In this document: positions 35,624-44,083 of the stretch, piece after piece | How positions within the stretch are numbered: the first letter of the stretch is position 1 | Layout of the letters: the number at the start of each line of letters is the position of its first letter | From: Escherichia phage ZL19 | Reading direction: 5' to 3' (one strand) | Sequence record: OM258170 | Length of the DNA stretch: 47,884 nucleotides | The notes under the pieces: generated by a model | Database searches by the model: none | Told to the model about the DNA's origin: nothing | The model's input: only the letters and a program-made list of their open reading frames with translations | Program-made: the position numbers and the translations under genes

Positions 35624-36596
35624 AGCTGTTCAATAAATCACTTGCCTTATATATCTTCTTCCTGATTCCGCTCTTGAATGAGTATTCATCATTTGGTATT
35701 ACCACATCAAGATTCCTCTCATCAGCAACGCAAAGCAATTCCCTATCAAGATAGCAAGCAACTCTTAACTTGAAATCTTTGAGTGCGTAAGCAACCATCT
35801 CCATGTTGTAGCTAGAGTGGCAAACAAGTACACATCGGTTGCCAGTAGCAAGATGAACACGAATACCATCAATCCAATTATCCACAAGATAAGCGTACTC
35901 ATCACTTTTAAAGGAACCAATAACAGCAACTGACTGGCGTGTGTAATATTTTGCAGCATAACTAACACCTCCCTCCTCGTTAATAAACATTACATTGCAC
36001 ATTTCTTCTGATATACCGTCACTATAAACCATAAAGCACGGTATTGCGTGTATTATTTCACCGGATTTTGTCCTGCCAACATCAAAACCAAACTCGCTAT
36101 AGATACCCTCGTATGTACTGAGCGGGGTTGATTCTACTCTTTCAGTCCTCTCCATTATCTCTAAGCATCTCTCGTGGTCAATTTGAGCGCCCATTTTGTA
36201 GAGCTTGGTTCTTGATGCTTGCTTGTTTGCCTTGTTAACAACCTCAACAGGGATAAGGCTTAACCACCCACCGAGAACATCGATACATTCACTAAATGAC
36301 TCACCTCGCATTTTCTGGACCCAAACAACACCATCTCCTGAACCGCATTGGTTGCAGATAATTCCACCATCACCATCTTCGCTAACCTTATTAGTCCATC
36401 TTGCGCGATCGTTGCCGCCGCAATAAATGCACGGCTGATGCTTTTTGGTCTGGAAAAACTTAGGGTCAGCGCCGCAGATGTTGATAAGTGCTTTATCCCA
36501 CAGGCCGCGCATTCTTGGTATAACTTCTTTCTTATCGTAGTGCATATCAATCTGTCTCTTAACAAATAAAAAAAGGATGTACCGATTATGGCACAT
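35622..36596 (-). CDS. DNA primase (zinc-ribbon + TOPRIM-like)
   Basis: CIYCGG...CNQCGSGDG zinc-ribbon motif; start could be M18 at 36545. Confidence 0.55.
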   Translation of the reverse strand: MCHNRYILFLFVKRQIDMHYDKKEVIPRMRGLWDKALINICGADPKFFQTKKHQPCIYCGGNDRARWTNKVSEDGDGGIICNQCGSGDGVVWVQKMRGESFSECIDVLGGWLSLIPVEVVNKANKQASRTKLYKMGAQIDHERCLEIMERTERVESTPLSTYEGIYSEFGFDVGRTKSGEIIHAIPCFMVYSDGISEEMCNVMFINEEGGVSYAAKYYTRQSVAVIGSFKSDEYAYLVDNWIDGIRVHLATGNRCVLVCHSSYNMEMVAYALKDFKLRVACYLDRELLCVADERNLDVVIPNDEYSFKSGIRKKIYKASDLLNS

Positions 36597-36604
36597 CCCA
36601 TTCT

Positions 36605-37078
36605 TTACTCTTTAGCTTTTCGTGCTGCCTCGTTGGCGGCCTTAATCTTACGCCATGATCGACACTCTGGCTTGGTGGCTAATTCAGCTTCGGTAACCAC
36701 GCGCAGCATATGACGCTTTTTGCAACGTAGTGTAAGAGGCTTGCCGTTACCGTCGAATTGCAGGTCTGGTCGGCAGAATGTAGCTCGAAAACCTTCTCCG
36801 GTTCGTTTGTAGTAGTTGTGCGACAGCTGAGCACCACGCGCAGAAATCATACCACGATTGAACCATTCTTCTACAGTTTGGGGAGTTACCTTTAACTGCT
36901 TTGCGATGTTTGCCTTTGTTCCGAAGAAATCAAGGAGCATCTCAAGCCGTGCGCGTAACCCTGCCCTTACCTCGTCTTTTAAAACGTAGTAGCCTGAAGG
37001 TCGTTTCCGTTGTTTTTTGTCTTCAGTGCGGATGGTTCCGTTATTACCGTTAGTGGTTCGCTTGTCAACTGCACTCAT
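36605..37078 (-). CDS. HTH DNA-binding protein (putative regulator)
   Basis: Basic protein with helix-turn-helix-like IAKQLKVTPQTVEEWFNRG; ATG with GAGGT RBS; divergent from helicase. Confidence 0.5.
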   Translation of the reverse strand: MSAVDKRTTNGNNGTIRTEDKKQRKRPSGYYVLKDEVRAGLRARLEMLLDFFGTKANIAKQLKVTPQTVEEWFNRGMISARGAQLSHNYYKRTGEGFRATFCRPDLQFDGNGKPLTLRCKKRHMLRVVTEAELATKPECRSWRKIKAANEAARKAKE

Positions 37079-37091
37079 TTTGTTACCTCGA

Positions 37092-37133
37092 TAGCATTTT
37101 TTGTTAAAAGTCATTCTTATTTGATGGTAGTAT
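37092..37133 (+). promoter_or_regulatory. palindrome-type promoter module (variant) for helicase
   Basis: TAGCATTTTTTGTTA 37092-37106, -10 TAGTAT 37128-37133. Confidence 0.45.
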
Positions 37134-37179
37134 TGTACTCAATTAAACGCTACAAGACAATTTTTATAGGAATTTAGAT

Positions 37180-39174
37180 ATGTTGCCTATCGAGAAGCTG
37201 GTTGCCAACTTTGATAAAGAAAGAATCAAACAGATTCAGAAAGATTATCAGTTTGGCGAGATAACCCCTTACGAATTCCAGTGCGTAACATTTGATGCAA
37301 TCGGAAAGTCTATTGGCAAGTACGAGGCACCATTTATCGCTGACCTTTCAGTATCCGCTGGTAAGACAATCATTCTTGCTATGATTGGAAAGCGTATGGA
37401 GCAGCTTGGGCTTCCTTATATGGTTCTTTCTCGCCAGTCAGAAATAATTAGCCAGAACTCAGAAGAGCTTCGTAATTTCGGCATCCGTAATAGCGTCTAT
37501 TGCGCCGGACTTAACGTTAAATCAGTTTACTACCCAACCATAGTGGCTAGCGAGGGTACAGCAGCTAACGGCTTGTTTAAGGGGCTTGGTGACTATGTTC
37601 CTGCCGTTATCGCGATAGATGAGGTCCATCATATGGACCATATGGATATCGTGGAGGCTGAAGAGAACGAAGAAACATTTGAGCAAATGAGCACAAAGAA
37701 AGGAGAGATGGTTTTCAAGGATGGCGTTAATACCGGATTGCTTGGCACTGGTCGCGCGCAGTACACGCTAATAATTATTGAGATGAAGCGCCGCTGCAAA
37801 GAAAAGTACGGTCGTGAGCTTCGTATCTTTGGCCTTACTGGCAGCCCGTATCGTAACAACGATCACATTGTCATTAGCAACCCAAACATCCGTGGATTCT
37901 GGCGCAAAACAGTGATTCAGGTGCCAACCAATTACCTGGTTGATTTGGGGTTTGTTGTGCCAACTGTTTACGGAGAGGTTGGTGATTTGGGTTACGACCT
38001 TAGCGAATTTGCTCCAGACGGTAGTGATGGTGTGAAAGACTTTAGTAAGAAAGAAATGGATGCAATGCAGGAAAAGATTCATCAAAACCAGTCCATGACG
38101 CAAAAGATTATGCAATTTGCCGCAAAGTTCATGGAGACTCGCAACGCTGCGCTTGTGACATGTGCCGGTAAACGTCATTGTGAGGAGGCAGCAGCAGCGC
38201 TTCCTGAGGGTGTAACCTGGGCTATAGTAACTGACTCTACTGGTGAGAAAAAGCGTAGGGAGATTCTTTCTGACGCAGTTGAAGGTAAGTATAAATTCAT
38301 ATTTCAGATCGGTTGTCTCACAACTGGCGTGAACGTCCCGCCATGGGATACATCAATCATTCTGCGCAAAGTTGGTAGTATCACGCTTCTTATTCAGCTT
38401 TTGGGGCGAGGCATGCGAATACTTAAGAAGAAACATAAGGACATGGGGATGGTCAAGGATGATCACGTGGTGCTAGACTTTGCTGGCACTCTTGATGACA
38501 TGGCAGAATTATACTTTGATCCAATCATAGAGGAGGTGCAGGATCAGAAATTCAAGTCCTCTCGTAAAGTTGGGGATAAGTCAAGAGTATGTCAGGCCTG
38601 TGGATATAAAAACTCCCCACTTGCTCGTCGTTGCAATAACGTAATTGACGGAAAGCGTTGTGATAATTTTTTTACATTTCGCTTGTGTGAAGATATAGAG
38701 GACCCGCAGACAAAATCTATTATTAAGAAAGGTTGTGGTGAGAAGAATGATATTGCCGCTAAAAACTGTCGGTGCTGCGGTGAGATGTTAATAGACCCGA
38801 ATGCAAAGTTATCTGGGAAAATGTATCGTAAAGGAGACTGGTTGCGAGTCTACGACTTTAAGATTGGATTAACAAAGAATCAATCAGGGATTGTTGCCTC
38901 ATACGAGGTCATGGCTCATAGTGGTGATAGGTTCCGGGCCTATGAGACGTTTTTTCCAGAGTCAGACCATCGCGTTTGCTCTGTAAGATGGAAAGCATTT
39001 TGCTCAACTCACATAGAGAACAGGACTGAGGCTTTTAGAATTGGCAGGTTACGTAATGCTAAGATGATTATGACTAATGCTCACCTTTTTCGTGCGCCAT
39101 TAAGGATTACGCACAGAAAAAACCAGAAAGGTCAGGATATTATCGCCAATAAATCTTTTACTATGGAGGATTGA
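37180..39174 (+). CDS. superfamily-2 DNA helicase (DExH)
   Basis: Walker A SAGKT, motif II AIDEVHH, 664 aa with C-terminal Cys-rich zinc-finger-like region. Confidence 0.75.
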   Translation: MLPIEKLVANFDKERIKQIQKDYQFGEITPYEFQCVTFDAIGKSIGKYEAPFIADLSVSAGKTIILAMIGKRMEQLGLPYMVLSRQSEIISQNSEELRNFGIRNSVYCAGLNVKSVYYPTIVASEGTAANGLFKGLGDYVPAVIAIDEVHHMDHMDIVEAEENEETFEQMSTKKGEMVFKDGVNTGLLGTGRAQYTLIIIEMKRRCKEKYGRELRIFGLTGSPYRNNDHIVISNPNIRGFWRKTVIQVPTNYLVDLGFVVPTVYGEVGDLGYDLSEFAPDGSDGVKDFSKKEMDAMQEKIHQNQSMTQKIMQFAAKFMETRNAALVTCAGKRHCEEAAAALPEGVTWAIVTDSTGEKKRREILSDAVEGKYKFIFQIGCLTTGVNVPPWDTSIILRKVGSITLLIQLLGRGMRILKKKHKDMGMVKDDHVVLDFAGTLDDMAELYFDPIIEEVQDQKFKSSRKVGDKSRVCQACGYKNSPLARRCNNVIDGKRCDNFFTFRLCEDIEDPQTKSIIKKGCGEKNDIAAKNCRCCGEMLIDPNAKLSGKMYRKGDWLRVYDFKIGLTKNQSGIVASYEVMAHSGDRFRAYETFFPESDHRVCSVRWKAFCSTHIENRTEAFRIGRLRNAKMIMTNAHLFRAPLRITHRKNQKGQDIIANKSFTMED

Positions 39175-39175
39175 T

Positions 39176-39595
39176 ATGAATATTACAGACAAAGTTGATT
39201 ACATTGAGTTTTACCCTGGCCCGGTTAAGTCATGCCCTAAAGAGGATGATGAACAAATCTTTTGCTCTGATTGGGTTAAGTATAACTACCCAGGGATGGT
39301 ATTTTTCCACTGCGTGAATGAGGGTAAGAAAACCATTGGTCAAGCAAGAAAAGATCAGGCTAAGGGTCTCCTTAAGGGAGTGTCAGACTGTATGTTTCTT
39401 ATACCTGAATCTATCCGAGGCAAATACCCTTTCGGAGCTATAGAGCTAAAGAGAGCAGGAAAAACGCAGGCAAGCCCAGTCAGTGAGGAGCAGAAAGCTT
39501 TCCTTAAAAGCGTAATGGAATCAGGTGGTTTCTCCGCAGTCGCCTACGGCAGGGAAGGGTTCCTTGCAGCATTCAAAGAAATGATTTCAAAATAG
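39176..39595 (+). CDS. VRR-NUC domain nuclease
   Basis: PD-(D/E)xK-type core GAIELKRAG; immediately after helicase. Confidence 0.6.
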   Translation: MNITDKVDYIEFYPGPVKSCPKEDDEQIFCSDWVKYNYPGMVFFHCVNEGKKTIGQARKDQAKGLLKGVSDCMFLIPESIRGKYPFGAIELKRAGKTQASPVSEEQKAFLKSVMESGGFSAVAYGREGFLAAFKEMISK

Positions 39596-39635
39596 CACGA
39601 ATTGCTAAATGAGATTTCAAAAGATGGGGTATAGT
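39593..39635 (+). promoter_or_regulatory. palindrome-type promoter module
   Basis: TAGCACGAATTGCTA 39593-39607 overlapping stop; -10 TATAGT 39630-39635; CATCGAAACGAAACGAAG leader. Confidence 0.55.
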
Positions 39636-39671
39636 TACTTCATCGAAACGAAACGAAGAGAGAGAAACAAA

Positions 39672-39872
39672 ATGGCTACTATCTACACTGGAAAATTCTA
39701 CGAGTCACGCAAAACTGGTTATATTTATGAGTTGCAAATCACTGAGGATGGTTATGTTTTGGTTGATATCGAAGATTGCACTTACGCATTCGAGGTTAGC
39801 CCGACCTACAAGGATGACTTGGAAACTGTTAAAAACGCATTTGGAGAAAAATTTAATGAGGTATCAGAATAA
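39672..39872 (+). CDS. hypothetical protein (66 aa)
   Basis: ATG with GAGAGAG RBS; track ORF 39609 trimmed. Confidence 0.4.
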   Translation: MATIYTGKFYESRKTGYIYELQITEDGYVLVDIEDCTYAFEVSPTYKDDLETVKNAFGEKFNEVSE

Positions 39873-40093
39873 TGGCAATTTTTACATTTGAGCAACAATG
39901 GGAAGCATTCAAGGTAATGGCGGCGGAGGAATTATACAACGCACATTATAAGCGTGATTTATGGGGTGTTGTGAGTTGCCTGGATATGAGCTTCGAAGAA
40001 GACTACCTGAACACTGATATCGAAACATGGCGAGACCGTATGGTTGCTGATATCGAAGAGATGAAAAAAGATTGCCCGGAGGATTTTTTATGA
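39872..40093 (+). CDS. hypothetical protein (73 aa)
   Basis: TAATG overlap coupling. Confidence 0.4.
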   Translation: MAIFTFEQQWEAFKVMAAEELYNAHYKRDLWGVVSCLDMSFEEDYLNTDIETWRDRMVADIEEMKKDCPEDFL

Positions 40094-40278
40094 TTGGCAT
40101 CTGCGTAAAAACAAATGGCTTCTTTACACTTCTTGAGGATTATGAAATTAATTTCGATTCAAATGAAATAACAGTGTTAAGCGATGATGGGTGCTATTGG
40201 TTCCTTAGTTATCAAGGTGATGGTTATTACGGTTGCAGAGATTCAGGCGGAAAAGAGGTTAGTTTCTTAGTCGAATAG
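40090..40278 (+). CDS. hypothetical protein (62 aa)
   Basis: ATGA overlap; GGAGGA RBS. Confidence 0.4.
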   Translation: MIGICVKTNGFFTLLEDYEINFDSNEITVLSDDGCYWFLSYQGDGYYGCRDSGGKEVSFLVE

Positions 40279-40318
40279 CACTTTTTGTTAAAAATCAAAT
40301 CCATGGATGGATTATATT
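40276..40318 (+). promoter_or_regulatory. palindrome-type promoter module (variant)
   Basis: TAGCACTTTTTGTTA 40276-40290; CCATGGATGG; -10 TATATT 40313-40318. Confidence 0.45.
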
Positions 40319-40348
40319 AAACACATCAACAACGCAGAGGATTGAGAG

Positions 40349-40474
40349 ATGAAAATTGTAGACAGAGAGATGTTTGAGATCGCACAGATGTACGCAAATG
40401 ATGCTGTAAAAACTGGCTCTGATTATTGCTGGATGTGCGCTAAAGAATACCTGAAAATGGCCTACGGCTTATGA
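40349..40474 (+). CDS. small ORF (41 aa)
   Basis: ATG with GAGGATTGAGAG RBS; ATGA overlap with next gene; below track cutoff. Confidence 0.3.
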   Translation: MKIVDREMFEIAQMYANDAVKTGSDYCWMCAKEYLKMAYGL

Positions 40475-40713
40475 TAGTTAAAACCGGACGCGCGGAAGTA
40501 TGGGCGCACTGTGGGGAGGCTGGCATTCAGGATGATATTAAACAAATTTCTCGCTTCTTCGACATAAAAGATATAAGCGTAGTCTATGATGGTAAATTCT
40601 CATACGTTGATGAGCGCCCAAGAAAGTACGTAAGAGTTAAGCCAGGTGTAAGCATAGATGTTAACGAATTCCTGAAATCTCAGGGATGCAAATTTAAGAT
40701 AACTAAGGCATAA
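40471..40713 (+). CDS. hypothetical protein (80 aa)
   Basis: Coupled ORF. Confidence 0.4.
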   Translation: MIVKTGRAEVWAHCGEAGIQDDIKQISRFFDIKDISVVYDGKFSYVDERPRKYVRVKPGVSIDVNEFLKSQGCKFKITKA

Positions 40714-40716
40714 ATT

Positions 40717-40968
40717 ATGTTGGGATTGGACTTTCAGCCAGAGCATTACGATTTAGTTCATGGTCAGAGTGGGGTAAAGTTTAGAGCTATACCTATTGCT
40801 GACTGGTTTCCTCCTGATTATGTGGATGTGAACGCAAAAACTAAAGACGGGAAGTGGGTTCAGATTTACTACTCCCCAGCATGCGGAAACCTTTGCATGA
40901 CTGACCTTGATAAGAAATTAGCAATTAGTGCGGAAGTTATCGACTACTGGTTGAAAGAAGTTGAATGA
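40717..40968 (+). CDS. hypothetical protein (83 aa)
   Basis: ORF 3 nt after upstream stop. Confidence 0.4.
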   Translation: MLGLDFQPEHYDLVHGQSGVKFRAIPIADWFPPDYVDVNAKTKDGKWVQIYYSPACGNLCMTDLDKKLAISAEVIDYWLKEVE

Positions 40969-41050
40969 AGAGCCTGATACTAGTAGCATTAGTCCCACTG
41001 TTTAGCTTTACTATCTTATACTTTATCGTAATGAATTAAGGAACTTATAA

Positions 41051-42187
41051 ATGGCAACTGCAAAAATTACCAACGAAGAACTGCGCGAAGAACTGGCAAA
41101 TGGCATGACAAACAAGGCAATCGCAGAGAAGTACGGCATGAACATTCGCAACGTTGAATTGCGTCGCAGTAAGCTGGCGAAGAGTGGAGAATTGCACGGA
41201 AACCCAGGCATCAAGAAGCTAGTTCCTGACGGTTATATGGTTAAGGGTACGTCAACCATGATTGACGCTGATGGTAACGAGAAGATTAGATGGGTCAAAA
41301 CCTCAATAGACAATGAGCGCCTTGAGGTTTTAATGGAGCAAGCTCGCGAGGCATTCTGCTCTGAGTTGCCAAAGGCCACTCCATCTGAATCACCAAATGT
41401 TAACTTTGATAATGACACACTTGCGATGTATCCAGTTTTTGATTTGCACATTGGGGCGATGGCCCACAAACATGAGTGTGGCGAAAACTATGATACAGCA
41501 ACAGCAGAGAATGTTATGAATGGGTTCTTTGACTACGCTGTAGATAAGGCGCCAAACTCTAAGAATGCTGTATTGGTATTGGGTGGTGATTTCCTACATT
41601 ACGATTCCCTAGAGGCTAAAACCCCGGCCTCAGGCCATATCTTAGACTCTGACAGTCGTTACGCTAAGATTGTTTATGTCGCAATCCGGTCAGTTCGTCG
41701 TGCGATCTCTCGAATGATGGAGAAGCACCAAGTTATTGATATTAAAGTAATAAGTGGAAATCACGACGAAGCAGGGATGGTTTGGCTTCGCGCTGCTCTT
41801 GCTGCATTTTATGAAGACGAGCCTCGCGTAAATGTTGATGTTAGCCCAGCTGCAATGATGATGACAAGCTTTGGAACGACGCTTATTGGATACACTCATG
41901 GCCACCAAATGCGGAAAGCCGATACTCGACTAACTGTTATGGCAACTGATTTTCGTAAGTTATTTGGTCAAAGTGAGTATGTTTACACACATAGTGGCCA
42001 CTGGCATTCTCAGAAGATTACAGAAACAAACTTGGGAATTGATGAGGTTCATGGGCAGCTGGGAAGTCCTGACGCGTACTCAGCAAATGGCGGCTGGCGC
42101 TCTCAACGTCAAGCGGCAGTTATTGTCTACCATAAAGAATTCGGTGAAGTTGGCCGCTTCATTTGTCGCCCTAAAATGTTTAGCTAA
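41051..42187 (+). CDS. metallophosphoesterase with N-terminal HTH-like domain
   Basis: Calcineurin-like motifs GGDFLHYD, GNHDE, GHWH; N-terminal MTNKAIAEKYGMNIRNVELRR HTH-like segment. Confidence 0.6.
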   Translation: MATAKITNEELREELANGMTNKAIAEKYGMNIRNVELRRSKLAKSGELHGNPGIKKLVPDGYMVKGTSTMIDADGNEKIRWVKTSIDNERLEVLMEQAREAFCSELPKATPSESPNVNFDNDTLAMYPVFDLHIGAMAHKHECGENYDTATAENVMNGFFDYAVDKAPNSKNAVLVLGGDFLHYDSLEAKTPASGHILDSDSRYAKIVYVAIRSVRRAISRMMEKHQVIDIKVISGNHDEAGMVWLRAALAAFYEDEPRVNVDVSPAAMMMTSFGTTLIGYTHGHQMRKADTRLTVMATDFRKLFGQSEYVYTHSGHWHSQKITETNLGIDEVHGQLGSPDAYSANGGWRSQRQAAVIVYHKEFGEVGRFICRPKMFS

Positions 42188-42230
42188 TAGCACTTTTTGC
42201 CTAACCCATGCCGTAGAAATGCGGCATAAT
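42188..42230 (+). promoter_or_regulatory. palindrome-type promoter module (variant)
   Basis: TAGCACTTTTTGCCT 42188-42202; -10 CATAAT 42225-42230; CATCGAAACGAG leader. Confidence 0.45.
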
Positions 42231-42271
42231 TACCACATCGAAACGAGATGAACTAAGCGAGGAAACACAAG

Positions 42272-42448
42272 ATGACCAAGATGATTTATTGCACAAAGAA
42301 CAACTCCAAGACCCTGCCATTTACAGTTAACCAGCCGTACAATGCAGAGTACCAGGGTGATGGATATTACAAGATTTACAGCGACGATATGACGTGGATT
42401 TTAGCGCCGATTGAAGGTTCACTGGTTGAATTTATTATCGCTGACTAG
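42272..42448 (+). CDS. small ORF (58 aa)
   Basis: ATG with GAGGAAACACAAG RBS after promoter module; below track cutoff. Confidence 0.35.
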   Translation: MTKMIYCTKNNSKTLPFTVNQPYNAEYQGDGYYKIYSDDMTWILAPIEGSLVEFIIAD

Positions 42449-42474
42449 CACAGAAAAAACATAGCGTTACGCAC

Positions 42475-42500
42475 GGGGAGCCTTTGGGCTCCCTTTTTTT
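42475..42500 (+). terminator. intrinsic terminator upstream of lysis cassette
   Basis: GGGGAGCC-TTTG-GGCTCCC hairpin plus T7. Confidence 0.7.
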
Positions 42501-42578
42501 GTGCTTCTTTTACGAGCAGGGCTAATGTATCATTCTTTTACTAACTTAAACATTGACAAATACATAAAGGTGGATCAC

Positions 42579-42794
42579 ATGAGGGAAGTAATCAACGCCG
42601 CTACGGCATCAACTGGCGGTGCTGCGGTAACTGGCGCGGCAACTGGTCAAATGACTATAGCAATAATCAGCCTTATCGCTCTAATCATTTTTGGAGCTTG
42701 GGGTGCTTACTGGAAGTATAAGGATAGCCAGGCAATTCGACGAGCGCTTGAATCAAGGGATTTAAAGACGGCAATCAAGATAAGGAGCAGGTAA
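42579..42794 (+). CDS. holin (pinholin-like)
   Basis: 72 aa; Gly/Ala-rich weak TM1 and strong TM2 then charged tail; abuts endolysin start; track ORF starts at upstream GTG. Confidence 0.55.
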   Translation: MREVINAATASTGGAAVTGAATGQMTIAIISLIALIIFGAWGAYWKYKDSQAIRRALESRDLKTAIKIRSR

Positions 42795-43280
42795 ATGAAG
42801 CAGAAGCTGGTAGTTGGTGCTGCGACCGCTGCGGCAATATACATCGCAGCGCCGCTTATTGAGCTTGTAGAGGGTGTTGAGAATAGGCCTTACATGGACA
42901 TTGCTGGGGTGAAAACTGTTTGTGCTGGCGTAACTGGTCCTGACGTAGTTTGGGGTAAGACTTACAGTAACAGGGAGTGCCGGAACCTGCTGGAGAAACA
43001 CATTCAGATTCATGGGAAGCATGTTCAGGATGCAGTTACCTACCCAATTTCACCGCAGACAAGAGCGGCGTTAATCAGCTTTAGCTACAATGTTGGTGGT
43101 CATGCTATGAAGAACTCAACAGCAGTTCGACTTATTAACCAGGGTAAAGTGGAGCAGGGTTGCAGGGCTCTCGGGGTGTGGAATAAAGCTACCATTAACG
43201 GCAAGAAGGTTGTGGTTAAGGGGTTGGTAAATCGCAGGAATGAGGAGATTAAGTTATGCTTAAGTGGATTGCAGCGTTAG
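42795..43280 (+). CDS. SAR endolysin (lysozyme)
   Basis: N-terminal signal-anchor-release-like TM; PYMDIAGVKTVCAGVTG...GKTYSNRECRNLL resembles phage 21 R-type lysozymes. Confidence 0.8.
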   Translation: MKQKLVVGAATAAAIYIAAPLIELVEGVENRPYMDIAGVKTVCAGVTGPDVVWGKTYSNRECRNLLEKHIQIHGKHVQDAVTYPISPQTRAALISFSYNVGGHAMKNSTAVRLINQGKVEQGCRALGVWNKATINGKKVVVKGLVNRRNEEIKLCLSGLQR

Positions 43281-43645
43281 TAATGTGCGTAGCTTTATCT
43301 GGATGTTCAGCAACATCCGCGCTGACCGGATTAATTGGCAGCAAGCCAGAGATTAGCGCCCAGGCTGGCGCTGAGAACAATAAGGTTGGTGTTGGGTTAA
43401 CGAACAAGGTTGACTCAAGTAACTCAAGTGAAGCCACGGTTAAAGATTCTAAGGTTGGGTCACTGGATAGCTCGAGCGGGAAAAAGACTGCTGACAACTC
43501 GATTAAGGCCTCAACAATCACTGCTGAAAAGATTGAGATCACAAATAACGAATCATCAGCGCTTCCGTGGGTCGGAACAGGAGCAATGGGGTTGCTGGTT
43601 CTTATTCTCATGGCATTAATCTTAAGACGTAAAAAAGCCCCCTAA
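43256..43645 (+). CDS. unimolecular spanin (T1 gp11-like)
   Basis: N-terminal lipoprotein signal (LSGC) plus C-terminal TM followed by RRKK; overlaps endolysin 3' end. Confidence 0.7.
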   Translation: MLKWIAALVMCVALSGCSATSALTGLIGSKPEISAQAGAENNKVGVGLTNKVDSSNSSEATVKDSKVGSLDSSSGKKTADNSIKASTITAEKIEITNNESSALPWVGTGAMGLLVLILMALILRRKKAP

Positions 43646-43653
43646 TGGGGGCT
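43636..43653. terminator. bidirectional terminator
   Basis: AGCCCCC-TAAT-GGGGGCT hairpin between convergent genes. Confidence 0.5.
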
Positions 43654-43658
43654 ATATT

Positions 43659-43994
43659 TTAGCTAAATAACTCGTCGTCAGTCATTGTTCCTATATTCAT
43701 CATCTCTTTTATGTACTTGCTCTGATACCCGCTAAGTGCCTCGAAATTAAACTCAAATGGCCTTTTCAAACTCCCCTTGCTAACAAACTCACCGCACTTA
43801 CCATCAATGTAACCCGCGCTAAGCATCTTCGCGCAGAACTCCTTTGAAGCAGCACTGCAAAACTCTCTATGCGATAAACCCGATGCCTTGCTGAACCTCT
43901 CAGAGTCCTTATGTTGGTATATGAACCGCGCCAAATGCTGTCGCGTGAAAAAGCTGTAAGATTCGCAGAACTTAAATATATCGAGCATGAACAT
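43659..43994 (-). CDS. hypothetical protein (111 aa)
   Basis: Track ORF trimmed to ATG with GGAGTT RBS. Confidence 0.45.
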   Translation of the reverse strand: MFMLDIFKFCESYSFFTRQHLARFIYQHKDSERFSKASGLSHREFCSAASKEFCAKMLSAGYIDGKCGEFVSKGSLKRPFEFNFEALSGYQSKYIKEMMNIGTMTDDELFS

Positions 43995-44083
43995 AATTAA
44001 CTCCATTGCATGCTTAAAACAAATATGACACCAGAAATCACCACAAGGAAACCAAACAATATAAGTAGAATGTCAAGCATAAA

